In this document: in pieces, positions 1-13,045 of the stretch
How the letters are laid out: every line of letters starts with the position of its first letter
Position numbering within the stretch: the stretch's first letter is position 1
From: Escherichia coli
GTDB lineage: Bacteria > Pseudomonadota > Gammaproteobacteria > Enterobacterales > Enterobacteriaceae
Direction: 5' to 3' (one strand)
Length of the DNA: 64,000 bases
Assembly (NCBI RefSeq): GCF_003334815.1
Contig: NZ_QOWO01000017.1
Program-made: the position numbers and the translations under genes
Notes under the pieces: model-generated
Told to the model about the DNA's origin: nothing
Database searches by the model: none
Seen by the model: only the letters and a program-made list of their open reading frames with translations

Positions 1-482
1 TACAGCCTGGGGCGCAAATTAGCCCAACGACGCCGCTGATGGCGGTCGTTCCAGCCACCAATATGTGGGTGGATGCCAACTTTAAAGAGACGCAGATTGC
101 CAATATGCGTATCGGTCAGCCGGTCACTATCACCACGGATATTTACGGCGATGATGTGAAATACACCGGTAAAGTGGTTGGTCTGGATATGGGCACAGGT
201 AGCGCGTTCTCACTGCTTCCAGCGCAAAATGCGACCGGTAACTGGATCAAAGTCGTTCAGCGTCTGCCTGTGCGTATCGAACTGGACCAGAAACAGCTGG
301 AGCAATATCCGCTGCGTATCGGTTTGTCCACGCTGGTGAGCGTCAATACCACTAACCGTGACGGTCAGGTACTGGCAAATAAAGTACGTTCCACTCCGGT
401 AGCGGTAAGCACCGCGCGTGAAATCAGCCTGGCACCTGTCAATAAACTGATCGACGATATCGTAAAAGCTAACGCTGGCTAA
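1..482 (+). CDS. emrA: Multidrug efflux pump membrane-fusion protein EmrA, C-terminal part (5' end lies upstream of the window)
   Basis: ORF track 39..482 translation matches EmrA C-terminus; frame stays open to the window edge; followed 17 nt later by emrB. Confidence 0.9.
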   Translation, partial: QPGAQISPTTPLMAVVPATNMWVDANFKETQIANMRIGQPVTITTDIYGDDVKYTGKVVGLDMGTGSAFSLLPAQNATGNWIKVVQRLPVRIELDQKQLEQYPLRIGLSTLVSVNTTNRDGQVLANKVRSTPVAVSTAREISLAPVNKLIDDIVKANAG

Positions 483-498
483 TCCAGAGGTGCGTGTG

Positions 499-2037
499 AT
501 GCAACAGCAAAAACCGCTGGAAGGCGCGCAACTGGTCATTATGACGATTGCGCTGTCACTGGCGACATTCATGCAGGTGCTGGACTCCACCATTGCTAAC
601 GTGGCGATCCCCACTATCGCCGGGAATCTGGGCTCATCGCTCAGCCAGGGAACGTGGGTAATCACTTCTTTCGGGGTGGCGAATGCCATCTCGATCCCGC
701 TTACCGGCTGGCTGGCAAAGCGCGTCGGGGAAGTGAAACTGTTCCTTTGGTCCACCATCGCCTTTGCTATTGCGTCGTGGGCGTGTGGTGTCTCCAGCAG
801 CCTGAATATGCTGATCTTCTTCCGCGTGATTCAGGGGATTGTCGCCGGGCCGTTGATCCCGCTTTCGCAAAGTCTATTGCTGAATAACTACCCGCCAGCC
901 AAACGCTCGATCGCGCTGGCGTTGTGGTCGATGACGGTGATTGTCGCGCCAATTTGCGGCCCGATCCTCGGCGGTTATATCAGCGATAATTACCACTGGG
1001 GCTGGATATTCTTCATCAACGTGCCGATTGGCGTGGCGGTGGTGTTGATGACACTGCAAACTCTGCGCGGACGTGAAACCCGCACCGAACGGCGGCGGAT
1101 TGATGCCGTGGGGCTGGCACTGCTGGTTATTGGTATCGGCAGCCTGCAGATTATGCTCGACCGCGGTAAAGAGCTGGACTGGTTTTCATCACAGGAAATT
1201 ATCATCCTTACCGTGGTGGCGGTGGTGGCTATCTGCTTCCTGATTGTCTGGGAGCTGACCGACGATAACCCGATAGTCGATCTGTCGTTGTTTAAGTCGC
1301 GCAACTTCACCATCGGCTGCTTGTGTATCAGCCTCGCGTATATGCTCTACTTCGGCGCTATTGTTCTGCTGCCGCAGTTGTTGCAGGAGGTCTACGGTTA
1401 CACGGCGACCTGGGCAGGTTTGGCCTCTGCGCCGGTAGGGATTATTCCGGTGATCCTGTCGCCGATTATCGGCCGCTTCGCGCATAAACTGGATATGCGG
1501 CGGCTGGTAACCTTCAGCTTTATTATGTATGCCGTCTGCTTCTACTGGCGTGCCTATACCTTTGAACCAGGTATGGATTTTGGCGCGTCGGCCTGGCCGC
1601 AGTTTATCCAGGGGTTTGCGGTGGCCTGCTTCTTTATGCCGCTGACCACCATTACGCTGTCTGGTTTGCCACCGGAACGACTGGCGGCGGCATCGAGCCT
1701 CTCTAACTTTACGCGAACGCTGGCGGGGTCTATCGGCACGTCGATAACCACGACCATGTGGACCAACCGCGAGTCGATGCACCATGCGCAGTTGACTGAG
1801 TCGGTAAACCCGTTCAACCCGAATGCCCAGGCGATGTACAGTCAACTGGAAGGGCTTGGGATGACGCAACAGCAGGCATCAGGCTGGATTGCCCAGCAGA
1901 TCACCAATCAGGGGCTGATTATTTCCGCCAATGAGATCTTCTGGATGTCAGCCGGGATATTCCTCGTCCTGCTGGGGCTGGTGTGGTTTGCTAAACCGCC
2001 ATTTGGCGCAGGTGGCGGCGGAGGCGGTGCGCACTAA
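499..2037 (+). CDS. emrB: Multidrug efflux MFS transporter EmrB (512 aa)
   Basis: Translation MQQQKPLEGAQLVIMTIALS... with C-terminal Gly-run; ORF track start 490 (GTG) trimmed to ATG at 499. Confidence 0.93.
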   Translation: MQQQKPLEGAQLVIMTIALSLATFMQVLDSTIANVAIPTIAGNLGSSLSQGTWVITSFGVANAISIPLTGWLAKRVGEVKLFLWSTIAFAIASWACGVSSSLNMLIFFRVIQGIVAGPLIPLSQSLLLNNYPPAKRSIALALWSMTVIVAPICGPILGGYISDNYHWGWIFFINVPIGVAVVLMTLQTLRGRETRTERRRIDAVGLALLVIGIGSLQIMLDRGKELDWFSSQEIIILTVVAVVAICFLIVWELTDDNPIVDLSLFKSRNFTIGCLCISLAYMLYFGAIVLLPQLLQEVYGYTATWAGLASAPVGIIPVILSPIIGRFAHKLDMRRLVTFSFIMYAVCFYWRAYTFEPGMDFGASAWPQFIQGFAVACFFMPLTTITLSGLPPERLAAASSLSNFTRTLAGSIGTSITTTMWTNRESMHHAQLTESVNPFNPNAQAMYSQLEGLGMTQQQASGWIAQQITNQGLIISANEIFWMSAGIFLVLLGLVWFAKPPFGAGGGGGGAH

Positions 2038-2046
2038 GTACAACTA

Positions 2047-2074
2047 AGCCAGTTCATTTGAACTGGCTTTTTTC
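2047..2074 (+). terminator. Rho-independent terminator hairpin (agccagttca/gaactggct) with T-run, between convergent emrB and luxS
   Basis: Perfect inverted repeat followed by tttttt, read directly from sequence. Confidence 0.7.
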
Positions 2075-2100
2075 AATTAATTGTGAAGATAGTTTACTGA

Positions 2101-2616
2101 CTAGATGTGCAGTTCCTGCAACTTCTCTTTCGGCAGTGCCAGTTCTTCGTTGCTGTTGATGCGTACGTCACGTTCCAGAATGCTACGCGCAATATCCTGC
2201 GCTTCCTGCAACGAGTGCATCTGGTAAGTGCCACACTGGTAGACGTTCAGTTCCGGGATCTGATTCTGATCCTGCACTTTCAGCACGTCTTCCATTGCCG
2301 CTTTCCAGGCATCAGCAACACGCTGCTCATCTGGCGTACCAATCAGACTCATATAAAAACCGGTGCGGCAGCCCATTGGCGAGATATCGATAATCTCTAC
2401 ACCATTACCGTTAAGATGGTTACGCATAAAACCAGCAAACAGGTGCTCCAGGGTATGGATCCCTCTTTCTGGCATCACTTCTTTGTTCGGCACGCAGAAG
2501 CGCAGATCGAACACGGTGATTGCGTCGCCATGCGGGGTGTTCATTGTTTTCGCCACCCGAACTGCAGGCGCTTCCATCCGGGTATGATCGACTGTGAAGC
2601 TATCTAACAACGGCAT
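2101..2616 (-). CDS. luxS: S-ribosylhomocysteine lyase LuxS (autoinducer-2 synthase), 171 aa
   Basis: Full-length translation recognised as LuxS. Confidence 0.95.
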
Positions 2617-2650
2617 TTAGCCACCTCCGGTAATTTTTTTAAAAATTTTC

Positions 2651-2680
2651 TGAACTCTTTCTTCCCAGGCGAGTCTGAGT
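2651..2680 (+). promoter_or_regulatory. Candidate sigma-E type promoter for micA (-35 gaactc, -10 tctga, 16-nt spacer)
   Basis: Motifs lie immediately upstream of the micA 5' end at 2685. Confidence 0.5.
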
Positions 2681-2684
2681 ATAT

Positions 2685-2757
2685 GAAAGACGCGCATTTG
2701 TTATCATCATCCCTGAATTCAGAGATGAAATTTTGGCCACTCACGAGTGGCCTTTTT
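2685..2757 (+). ncRNA. micA: MicA (SraD) small regulatory RNA
   Basis: Sequence GAAAGACGCGCATTTGTTATCATCATCCCTGAATTCAGAGATGAAATTTTGGCCACTCACGAGTGGCCTTTTT in the luxS-gshA intergenic region, ending in a terminator hairpin plus T-run. Confidence 0.85.
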
Positions 2758-2765
2758 CTTTTCTG

Positions 2766-4349
<1,584 letters not shown>

Positions 4350-4394
4350 TTAATTAGCATAACTGTAATGGTGACCATATGTGCAGGCCTACAA

Positions 4395-4823
4395 TTAGTG
4401 CCACCACATCATGCCCTGAACGGTCGCTGCTGCAACTGCAACATAGCGTAACGCTTTACCAAGGCACAAAAAAAAGATTACCGGTCCCCACGAGATGCGC
4501 ATCCATCCCGCTAACAGACACAGTAAATCGCCAACCACGGGCATCCAGCTTAATAATAGCGTGACTGCACCATAGCGTTTCAGCCAGCCGGTAGCTTTCT
4601 CTTGCCAGCGCGATGTTTTACGCAATGGAAAGAAACGCCCAAGGATAACGTTAGTTAACCCTCCAAGGCTATTACCCATTGTTGCTGTTAAAACTAAAAC
4701 CCAGGGATGACTGATCCCGGAAAGCAACATTGCCACCAGCACGACTTCGGAGTTGCCGGGTAATAGTGTAGCGCTGAGAAAACTACTGGCAAACAACGAG
4801 AAAAGCGATAACGCTTCACTCAC
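4395..4823 (-). CDS. yqaA: Inner membrane protein YqaA (DedA/SNARE-associated-like family)
   Basis: 142-aa hydrophobic ORF; synteny with gshA/yqaB; 4-nt overlap with yqaB. Confidence 0.85.
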   Translation of the reverse strand: MSEALSLFSLFASSFLSATLLPGNSEVVLVAMLLSGISHPWVLVLTATMGNSLGGLTNVILGRFFPLRKTSRWQEKATGWLKRYGAVTLLLSWMPVVGDLLCLLAGWMRISWGPVIFFLCLGKALRYVAVAAATVQGMMWWH

Positions 4824-5386
4824 AGCAAGCGAACATCCACGGCGTCCATGCCTGCTGCACGGGCCGCCTGAATACCGAAATCGGCATCTTCAAAGACCAC
4901 ACACTGCGTCGGTTGCACGCCCATACGCTGCGCGCACAACAAAAATGTGTCTGGCGCGGGTTTATGGTGTTTGACGTGATCGGCAGCGACGACGGCGTCA
5001 AAATAATGGCGTAATCCCAGGTGCGCCAGCAATGCCTCAGCGATGGCGCTTTCACTCCCCGTTCCTACAGCCATTGGGCGACGACCATGCCAACTTTTCA
5101 CCACATCAACAAGAGGAAGCGGTTCGACGCTATCCAGCAGCATACTTCTTACTGCTTCTGTTTTTTCACGCGCTAACGCATGCGGGTCGAGATCGGCCTG
5201 ATTCAGCTCAATAATTGCCTGAGCAATACGCCAGGTGGGCGATCCATTAAGCGCAATCATCGCCTGAATATCGTACTGAAGACCGTAGTGCCCTAATACT
5301 TCGCGCCACGCTTTACGGTGCGTAGGCTCCGTATCCAGGATTGTGCCATCCATATCAAAAATTAAACCTGCATAACGCTCGTACAT
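4820..5386 (-). CDS. yqaB: HAD-superfamily sugar phosphatase YqaB
   Basis: N-terminal DxDGT HAD motif (LIFDMDGTILDTE); 188 aa. Confidence 0.88.
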   Translation of the reverse strand: MYERYAGLIFDMDGTILDTEPTHRKAWREVLGHYGLQYDIQAMIALNGSPTWRIAQAIIELNQADLDPHALAREKTEAVRSMLLDSVEPLPLVDVVKSWHGRRPMAVGTGSESAIAEALLAHLGLRHYFDAVVAADHVKHHKPAPDTFLLCAQRMGVQPTQCVVFEDADFGIQAARAAGMDAVDVRLL

Positions 5387-5666
5387 GGTCTTCTCGCAAG
5401 TCGAAAAATATGACGCTACTTTAGCGTAATTGCTTGATTTTGTCGCTGATGGCGAAGGAGAAGAAAATTCAGGAAATGGATAAAGGAGTTATTTAGAAAT
5501 GAGATATTTTTGAAGGAAATTTTTTGGAGAAGATGGTGCATCCGGGAGGATGACTCACTGACGTTCGCCCTTCGGGCCGTTGCTGGCGCAACGTTATCCT
5601 TCCTGGTGCCTGCGGTTAATACCGCTATCTCTTCGATACCTTCATTGCTGAAGGTTACGGAGAATA

Positions 5667-5743
5667 TGGTGCATCCGGGAGGATTCGAACCTCCGACCGC
5701 TCGGTTCGTAGCCGAGTACTCTATCCAGCTGAGCTACGGATGC
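5667..5743 (-). tRNA. tRNA-Arg (anticodon ACG), 77 nt
   Basis: Reverse complement reads GCATCCGTAGCTCAGCTGGATAGAGTACTCGGCTACGAACCGAGCGGTCGGAGGTTCGAATCCTCCCGGATGCACCA. Confidence 0.95.
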
Positions 5744-5941
5744 ATCGGGAAAACTTATTCTACTGCTGATATTGATACCGCTACTAAAGCCATATCAATT
5801 AAGAGATGGTGCATCCGGGAGGATTACTCGCCTTGCGGCTCGCCCTTCGGGCCGTTGCTAAAGCAACGTTATCATCCCTAGTGCCTGCGGTTAATACCGC
5901 TATCTCTTCGATACCTTCATTGCTGAAGGTTACGGAGAATA

Positions 5942-6018
5942 TGGTGCATCCGGGAGGATTCGAACCTCCGACCGCTCGGTTCGTAGCCGAGTACTCTATC
6001 CAGCTGAGCTACGGATGC
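5942..6018 (-). tRNA. tRNA-Arg (anticodon ACG), 77 nt, identical to the copy at 5667..5743
   Basis: Identical 77-nt sequence. Confidence 0.95.
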
Positions 6019-6021
6019 AAA

Positions 6022-6114
6022 TGGCGGTGAGGCGGGGATTCGAACCCCGGATGCAGCTTTTGACCGCATACTCCCTTAGCAGGGGAGCGCCTTCAGCCTC
6101 TCGGCCACCTCACC
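6022..6114 (-). tRNA. serV: tRNA-Ser (anticodon GCU), 93 nt with long variable arm
   Basis: Reverse complement reads GGTGAGGTGGCCGAGAGGCTGAAGGCGCTCCCCTGCTAAGGGAGTATGCGG...CGCCTCACCGCCA. Confidence 0.93.
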
Positions 6115-6396
6115 ACACGCCTCTTACGAGTGCTTCGAAGAACTTGTTTATCGCTCATCGTCGCTGCGTGGCGCACATATTACTTTCTGAGACTTATAAG
6201 TCAAACAATTTTTCCTACACTTTTATCGTTTGCACACTTCACGTTCAATTAGTCTGTAAAAACGTCAAAAAGAGTGTTTTATCAACAGAAGAATGGAGGT
6301 CTGACAGATAGTAGTAATGCAAAAAAATGGAGACTTAAGTTGAATGAACGGGAGTAAAGCGAAAAGACTATAGAGTGAAGGAGAAATTTTGAGGGT

Positions 6397-6422
6397 GCGT
6401 CTCACCGATAAAGATGAGACGC
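6397..6422 (-). terminator. Stem-loop (gcgtctca/tgagacgc) downstream of csrA, candidate csrA terminator
   Basis: Perfect 8-bp inverted repeat 8 nt after the csrA stop; only a modest U-tract. Confidence 0.5.
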
Positions 6423-6429
6423 GGAAAGA

Positions 6430-6615
6430 TTAGTAACTGGACTGCTGGGATTTTTCAGCCTGGATACGCTGGTAGATCTCTTCACGGTGAACAGAAACTT
6501 CCTTCGGGGCATTTACGCCAATACGTACCTGGTTGCCCTTTACCCCTAAAACTGTCACGGTGACCTCATCCCCAATCATGAGGGTCTCACCAACTCGACG
6601 AGTCAGAATCAGCAT
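6430..6615 (-). CDS. csrA: Carbon storage regulator CsrA (61 aa)
   Basis: Translation [61 protein letters not shown]. Confidence 0.97.
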
Positions 6616-6849
6616 TCTTTGCTCCTTGAAAGATTAAAAGAGTCGGGTCTCTCTGTATCCCGGCATTATCCATCATATAACGCCAAAAAGTAAGCAATGA
6701 CAAACACATTACATCTAAGCAGTCATGGCATTACATTCTGTTAAACCTAAGTTTAGCCGATATACACAACTTCAACCTGACTTTATCGTTGTCGATAGCG
6801 TTAATGCGAATGCCGTGAAGCGAGTCCACGGCATTGCCTGACGCTTATA

Positions 6850-9480
6850 TTATTGCAATTTCGCGCTGACCCAGCCTTTCACACTGGCTAACGCTGCAGG
6901 TAAGGCCGCAGCATCCGTACCACCGGCTTGCGCCATGTCAGGACGTCCACCACCCTTGCCGCCCACCTGCTGAGCGACCATACCAATCAGTTCCCCTGCT
7001 TTCACACGATCTGTGACGTCCTTAGATACGCCTGCAATCAGAGAAACCTTACCTTCGACTACCGTTGCCAGCACGATAATTGTCGACCCCAGCTGATTTT
7101 TTAAATCGTCAACCATGGTACGCAACATTTTCGGCTCAACACCGCTAAGCTCGCTAACCAACAGCTTAACACCATTAACATCAATTGCCTTACTGGAAAG
7201 ATTTGCGCTCTCCTGTGCGGCAGCTTGTTCTTTAAGCTGTTGTAACTCTTTTTCCAGCTGACGCGTACGTTCCAGTACTGAGCGCACTTTATCAGCCAGA
7301 TTATTGCTATCGCCTTTCAGCAGATGCGCGACTTCGCTTAAGCGATCGCTGTCTGCATGAACGGTGGCGATAGCACCTTCTCCGGTTACCGCTTCGATAC
7401 GACGAACGCCTGCAGCAGTACCCGATTCAGAGATGATGCGGAACAGACCAATATCACCAGTGCGGCTGGCGTGAGTACCGCCACACAACTCGGTAGAGAA
7501 ATCGCCCATGCTCAGCACGCGTACGCGCTCATCATACTTCTCGCCGAACAGCGCCATCGCACCTTTCGCTTTCGCCGCTTCGAGATCCATGATGTTGGTT
7601 TCGATCGGCAAATTGCGACGAATCTGTGTGTTCACCAGGTCTTCGACCGCACGAATCTCTTCTGGTTTCATCGCTTCGTTGTGTGAGAAGTCGAAGCGCA
7701 GCACCTTGTCGTTAACCAGTGAACCTTTCTGCGATACATGAGTACCCAGAACCTGGCGCAGCGCAGCGTGCATCAGGTGCGTTGCGGAGTGATTCAGACG
7801 AATACGGGCGCGACGAGCCTCATCAACATCAGCCTGCACCGCGTCGCCCACTTTCAGAGAACCCGCAGCAAGTTTACCGATGTGACCAATCGCCTGGCCG
7901 TATTTCTGCGTATCTTCCACCGCAAAGGAGAAGTTAGCGCCTTTCAGTTCGCCTTTATCGCCAACCTGACCGCCGGATTCCGCATAGAATGGCGTTTGAT
8001 CCAGCACGACCACAGCTTCCTGGCCTGCATTGATGGCATCAACCGCTTTACCATCAACAAACAGCGCAGTCACTTTGCCGTTCAGTTCCAGATGGTCATA
8101 GCCTTTAAATTCAGATGCACTGTCAACACGGATCATTGCGTTGTAATCGGCACCAAAGCCGCTGGCTTCGCGCGCGCGACGACGCTGCTCTTCCATTGCA
8201 GCTTCAAAACCAGCTTCGTCAACTTTGATGTTGCGCTCACGACAAACATCAGCCGTCAGGTCAACCGGGAAGCCATAGGTGTCGTACAGACGGAAAGCAG
8301 TTTCACCATCCAGCGTATCACCAGAAAGTTTTGCCAGCTCTTCATCCAGCAACGCCAGACCGCGCTCCAGAGTACGAGCAAACTGCTCTTCTTCAGTCTT
8401 CAGCACCTGCTCAACCTGCGCCTGCTGGCGTTTCAGGTCTTCACCCGCAGAGCCCATAACGTCGATCAGCGGACCAACCAGTTTGTAGAAGAAGGTTTCT
8501 TTCGCGCCGAGCATATTACCGTGACGCACTGCGCGACGAATGATACGACGCAGTACATAACCACGGTTTTCATTGGACGGCATTACGCCATCCGCGATCA
8601 GGAACGCACAAGAACGAATGTGGTCAGCGATTACGCGCAGCGATTTATTGCTCAGATCGGTTGCGCCAGTGACTTTCGCTACCGCCTGGATCAGCGTGCG
8701 GAACAGGTCGATGTCATAGTTAGAGTTAACGTGTTGCAGCACCGCAGCAATACGCTCCAGACCCATACCGGTATCTACAGACGGCTTCGGCAGCGGTTCC
8801 ATCGTGCCATCGGCCTGGCGGTTGAACTGCATGAAGACGATGTTCCAGATCTCAATGTAGCGGTCGCCGTCTTCTTCCGGGCTTCCCGGAGGGCCCCCCC
8901 AAATGTGGTCGCCGTGATCGTAGAAGATTTCGGTGCACGGGCCGCACGGACCAGTGTCACCCATCTGCCAGAAGTTGTCAGATGCGTATGGCGCACCTTT
9001 GTTATCGCCGATGCGAATAATACGTTCGCGCGGGATCCCTACTTCTTTTTCCCAGATTTCGTAGGCTTCGTCGTCGCTTTCATAGACGGTAACCCACAGA
9101 CGCTCTTTCGGCAGGGCAAACCATTTTTCGCTGGTCAGCAGTTCCCATGCAAACTGAATGGCATCGTGTTTGAAATAGTCGCCGAAGCTGAAGTTGCCCA
9201 GCATTTCGAAGAAGGTATGGTGACGCGCGGTGTAACCGACGTTTTCCAGGTCGTTGTGTTTACCACCCGCACGCACGCAGCGTTGGGAAGTGGTAGCGCG
9301 GGAATAATTACGCTTGTCGAGCCCAAGGAACACATCCTTGAACTGGTTCATCCCGGCGTTGGTAAACAACAAAGTTGGGTCGTTATGGGGTACCAGGGAG
9401 CTGCTGGCAACTACCTGATGTCCCTTACTATGGAAAAAGTCGAGAAACGCCTGACGGATCTCAGCGGTGCTCTTGCTCAT
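6850..9480 (-). CDS. alaS: Alanine-tRNA ligase AlaS (876 aa)
   Basis: Full-length translation recognised. Confidence 0.96.
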
Positions 9481-9607
9481 AATTATCCTGAAATCAAGCT
9501 AACGAAATATCGCCACCAGCTCCAGCGTGTCTTAACCGCCGGGCTGGTAACTGAAAAGTGGGAATAAGATAAGTTTTCTTGACTGGGAAGTAAAATACCG
9601 TATGCGT

Positions 9608-10108
9608 TCAGTCGGCAAAATTTCGCCAAATCTCCTGGATATCTTCCATCAGATAGCCACGATAGAGCAGAAAACGCTGGATCTTAACTTTTTCTGAAAA
9701 GACAGTTGGCAAAGGTTCGCCATATTTTCGCGTCGCCTGATCGCGCGCCAGTGCGCACCAGTCGATGTCACATTCACGCATCGCTTTTTCTGTCGCTTCG
9801 CGGGAAATACCTTTCTGATTCAGTTCCTGGCGAATACGCGCAGGTCCATAACCTTTGCGGCTACGGCTGGCGATAAAGCGCGCAACAAATCGGCTGTCAT
9901 CGAGATAGCCATGTTCATGGCACCAGGCAATAACGCGCTCGTAATCTTCTGCCGTAGCATCAATCTCTTCTGGGCCATTTTTGCCCATAATCGGTGCCGC
10001 GAGTTTACGTCGCAGTTCTTGCTCACTGTGATCGCGCACCGCCAGAATGCGTACCGCACGATCCAACAGGCGAGCATATGCCGGGCGACGGGATGTTGAT
10101 TCTGTCAT
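9608..10108 (-). CDS. recX: RecA regulator RecX (166 aa)
   Basis: Translation and position immediately downstream of recA. Confidence 0.93.
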   Translation of the reverse strand: MTESTSRRPAYARLLDRAVRILAVRDHSEQELRRKLAAPIMGKNGPEEIDATAEDYERVIAWCHEHGYLDDSRFVARFIASRSRKGYGPARIRQELNQKGISREATEKAMRECDIDWCALARDQATRKYGEPLPTVFSEKVKIQRFLLYRGYLMEDIQEIWRNFAD

Positions 10109-10125
10109 GGCATATCCTTACAACT

Positions 10126-10161
10126 TAAAAAAGCAAAAGGGCCGCAGATGCGACCCTTGTG
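10126..10161 (-). terminator. recA-recX intergenic hairpin with U-tract (partial terminator downstream of recA)
   Basis: GC-rich stem (gggtcgc/gcggccc with one G-U pair) followed by UUUUGCUUUUUU on the transcribed strand. Confidence 0.6.
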
Positions 10162-10176
10162 TATCAAACAAGACGA

Positions 10177-11317
<1,141 letters not shown>

Positions 11318-11815
11318 TCAAGTGTTTTGTAGAAATTGTTGCCACAAGGTCTGCAATGCATACGCAGTAGCCTGACGACGCACCGCATCACGGTCGCCGC
11401 TGAAGCATTCCCGCCGGGTAATGCCTTCACCGCGGGCAGTGGCAAAAGCAAACCAGACGGTGCCGACAGGCTTCTCTTCACTGCCGCCATCCGGCCCGGC
11501 GATACCACTAATAGACACGGCATAATCAGCACGAGCCGCTTTCAGTGCGCCTATCGCCATTTCCACCACGACGGGTTCACTCACCGCGCCATGCTGCGCC
11601 AGCGTCTCTTCGCGTACGCCGATCATCTGCGCTTTGGCTTCGTTACTGTAGGTGACAAATCCGCGTTCAAACCAGGCGGAGCTACCGGCAATATCGGTAA
11701 TCACTTTCGCTACCCAACCACCGGTACAAGACTCGGCAGTTGTTACGGTTGCGCCACGGGCTTTCAGCGCCTGCCCAACCTGTTCACTTAACTGCATCAG
11801 TTCACTGTCAGTCAT
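11318..11815 (-). CDS. pncC: NMN amidohydrolase PncC (CinA-like; formerly YgaD), 165 aa
   Basis: Translation MTDSELMQLSEQVGQALKARGATVTTAESCTGG... (competence-damage CinA C-terminal domain motif); ATG at 11815. Confidence 0.88.
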   Translation of the reverse strand: MTDSELMQLSEQVGQALKARGATVTTAESCTGGWVAKVITDIAGSSAWFERGFVTYSNEAKAQMIGVREETLAQHGAVSEPVVVEMAIGALKAARADYAVSISGIAGPDGGSEEKPVGTVWFAFATARGEGITRRECFSGDRDAVRRQATAYALQTLWQQFLQNT

Positions 11816-11959
11816 CACAACCTCTGTCAGTCAAAAATTTATGCCGGACAAGATAGCACTTTCGTCAGGAAGATGGTGTTGGCGTTGCAATTTTACGAGG
11901 AGGATTCAGAAAAAAGCTGATTAGCCAGAGGGAAGCTCACGCCCCCCTCTTGTAAATAG

Positions 11960-13045
11960 CTACTGTACTCGCGCCAGCGCCACGGCTTGTCCTAACTGCC
12001 AGACCGCCATTGCGTAATGGGTGCTGTGGTTGTAACGGGTGATGGTGTAGAAGTTCGGCAGACCGTACCAGTACTGGTAGCCGGTGCCAACATCCAGACG
12101 CAGCAGGCTGGCTTGTTGATGGTTGCCCAGCGGCTGCTGTGGCGTTAAACCTGCGGCGGCAAGCTGCGAAATGCTGTACTTAGTTTTGAAGCCATTTGGC
12201 AAGCCTGGAGCCTGACCGTTTGCCATTACCGCGACCTGATCGCCTTTCACCCAGCCGTGCGCTTTGAAATAGTTCGCCACGCTACCGATCGCATCAACCG
12301 GATCCCACAGGTTGATATGCCCGTCGCCGCTGAAATCTACCGCATATTGTTTGTAAGACGACGGCATAAACTGTCCGTAGCCCATCGCCCCGGCAAAGGA
12401 ACCTTTCAGATTGAGCGGATCGTCCTGCTCGTCGCGCGCCATCAACAGGAAGGTTTCCAGCTCGCCAGAGAAATACTCCGCGCGGCGTGGGTAGTTAAAT
12501 GACAGCGTTGCCAGCGCATCGAGGATGCGAGTTTTCCCCATCACGCGCCCCCAGCGGGTTTCAACGCCGATAATCCCGACGATAATTTCCGGCGGTACTC
12601 CATACACCTGCCACGCGCGATTCAACGCATCTTCATACTGATTCCAGAAAACCACACCGTTCTGCACGTTGTCCGGCGTAATAAATTTTTTGCGATAACG
12701 GAGCCATGCGCCGTTCGGACCTGATGGCGGTTTCACCGATGTGGTTGGTGCCTGGTTATCCATCAGCCGCAGTACCGAATCCAGACGCTTCGCCTGGGAG
12801 AGAATTTCCTGCAACTGCTGACGATCGAAACCGTGTTTGTTCACCATTTTGTCGATGAACTGCTGGGCATTCGGGTTATTAGCGAAATCGCCGCCCATCT
12901 GCATCACATTGTGCTGCGGCTCAAGCAGGAAGCCGCCAGACGGCGTTCCGGTGGTCGTATCAGTCTCAGTAGGTTTTGGCTTGCTGCTACAGGCGGCAAG
13001 CAACACAAAAAGGGGAAGCAATGTTACATAACGACGCTTGAACAT
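11960..13045 (-). CDS. mltB: Membrane-bound lytic murein transglycosylase B (MltB), 361 aa lipoprotein
   Basis: Start moved to MFKRRYVTLLPLFVLLAACSS (lipobox LAAC); ORF track is extended 35 codons upstream. Confidence 0.92.
   Translation of the reverse strand: MFKRRYVTLLPLFVLLAACSSKPKPTETDTTTGTPSGGFLLEPQHNVMQMGGDFANNPNAQQFIDKMVNKHGFDRQQLQEILSQAKRLDSVLRLMDNQAPTTSVKPPSGPNGAWLRYRKKFITPDNVQNGVVFWNQYEDALNRAWQVYGVPPEIIVGIIGVETRWGRVMGKTRILDALATLSFNYPRRAEYFSGELETFLLMARDEQDDPLNLKGSFAGAMGYGQFMPSSYKQYAVDFSGDGHINLWDPVDAIGSVANYFKAHGWVKGDQVAVMANGQAPGLPNGFKTKYSISQLAAAGLTPQQPLGNHQQASLLRLDVGTGYQYWYGLPNFYTITRYNHSTHYAMAVWQLGQAVALARVQ

Larger units (their letters stand above)
5531..6018 (-). repeat. Tandem direct repeat, two units of about 215 bp (period about 274 bp); each unit is a roughly 135-bp trailer element plus a tRNA-Arg gene
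   Basis: 5531..5743 and 5804..6018 are near-identical; each trailer contains a tRNA 3'-end mimic and conserved hairpins gcccttcgggc and gttgc-N-gcaac. Confidence 0.85.

Noticed and set aside
1189-1869. 226-aa Arg-rich ORF antisense to emrB, and the 182-aa ORF at 210..758
   Set aside because: Low-complexity, Arg/Gln-rich translations typical of antisense frames of GC-rich membrane protein genes; they lie entirely inside well-supported genes
5510-6311. ORFs 5510..5881, 5806..6030 and 6015..6311 spanning the tRNA array
   Set aside because: They read through or antisense to the tRNA genes and repeat units; their repetitive translations reflect the DNA repeats and are not proteins
7738-9567. 609-aa ORF on the plus strand, antisense to alaS
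   Set aside because: It is in the same triplet phase as the alaS codons (both start at positions congruent to 1 mod 3), so antisense stops arise only from sense TTA/CTA/TCA codons, which a highly expressed gene avoids. No independent RBS or promoter evidence; treated as a codon-usage artefact
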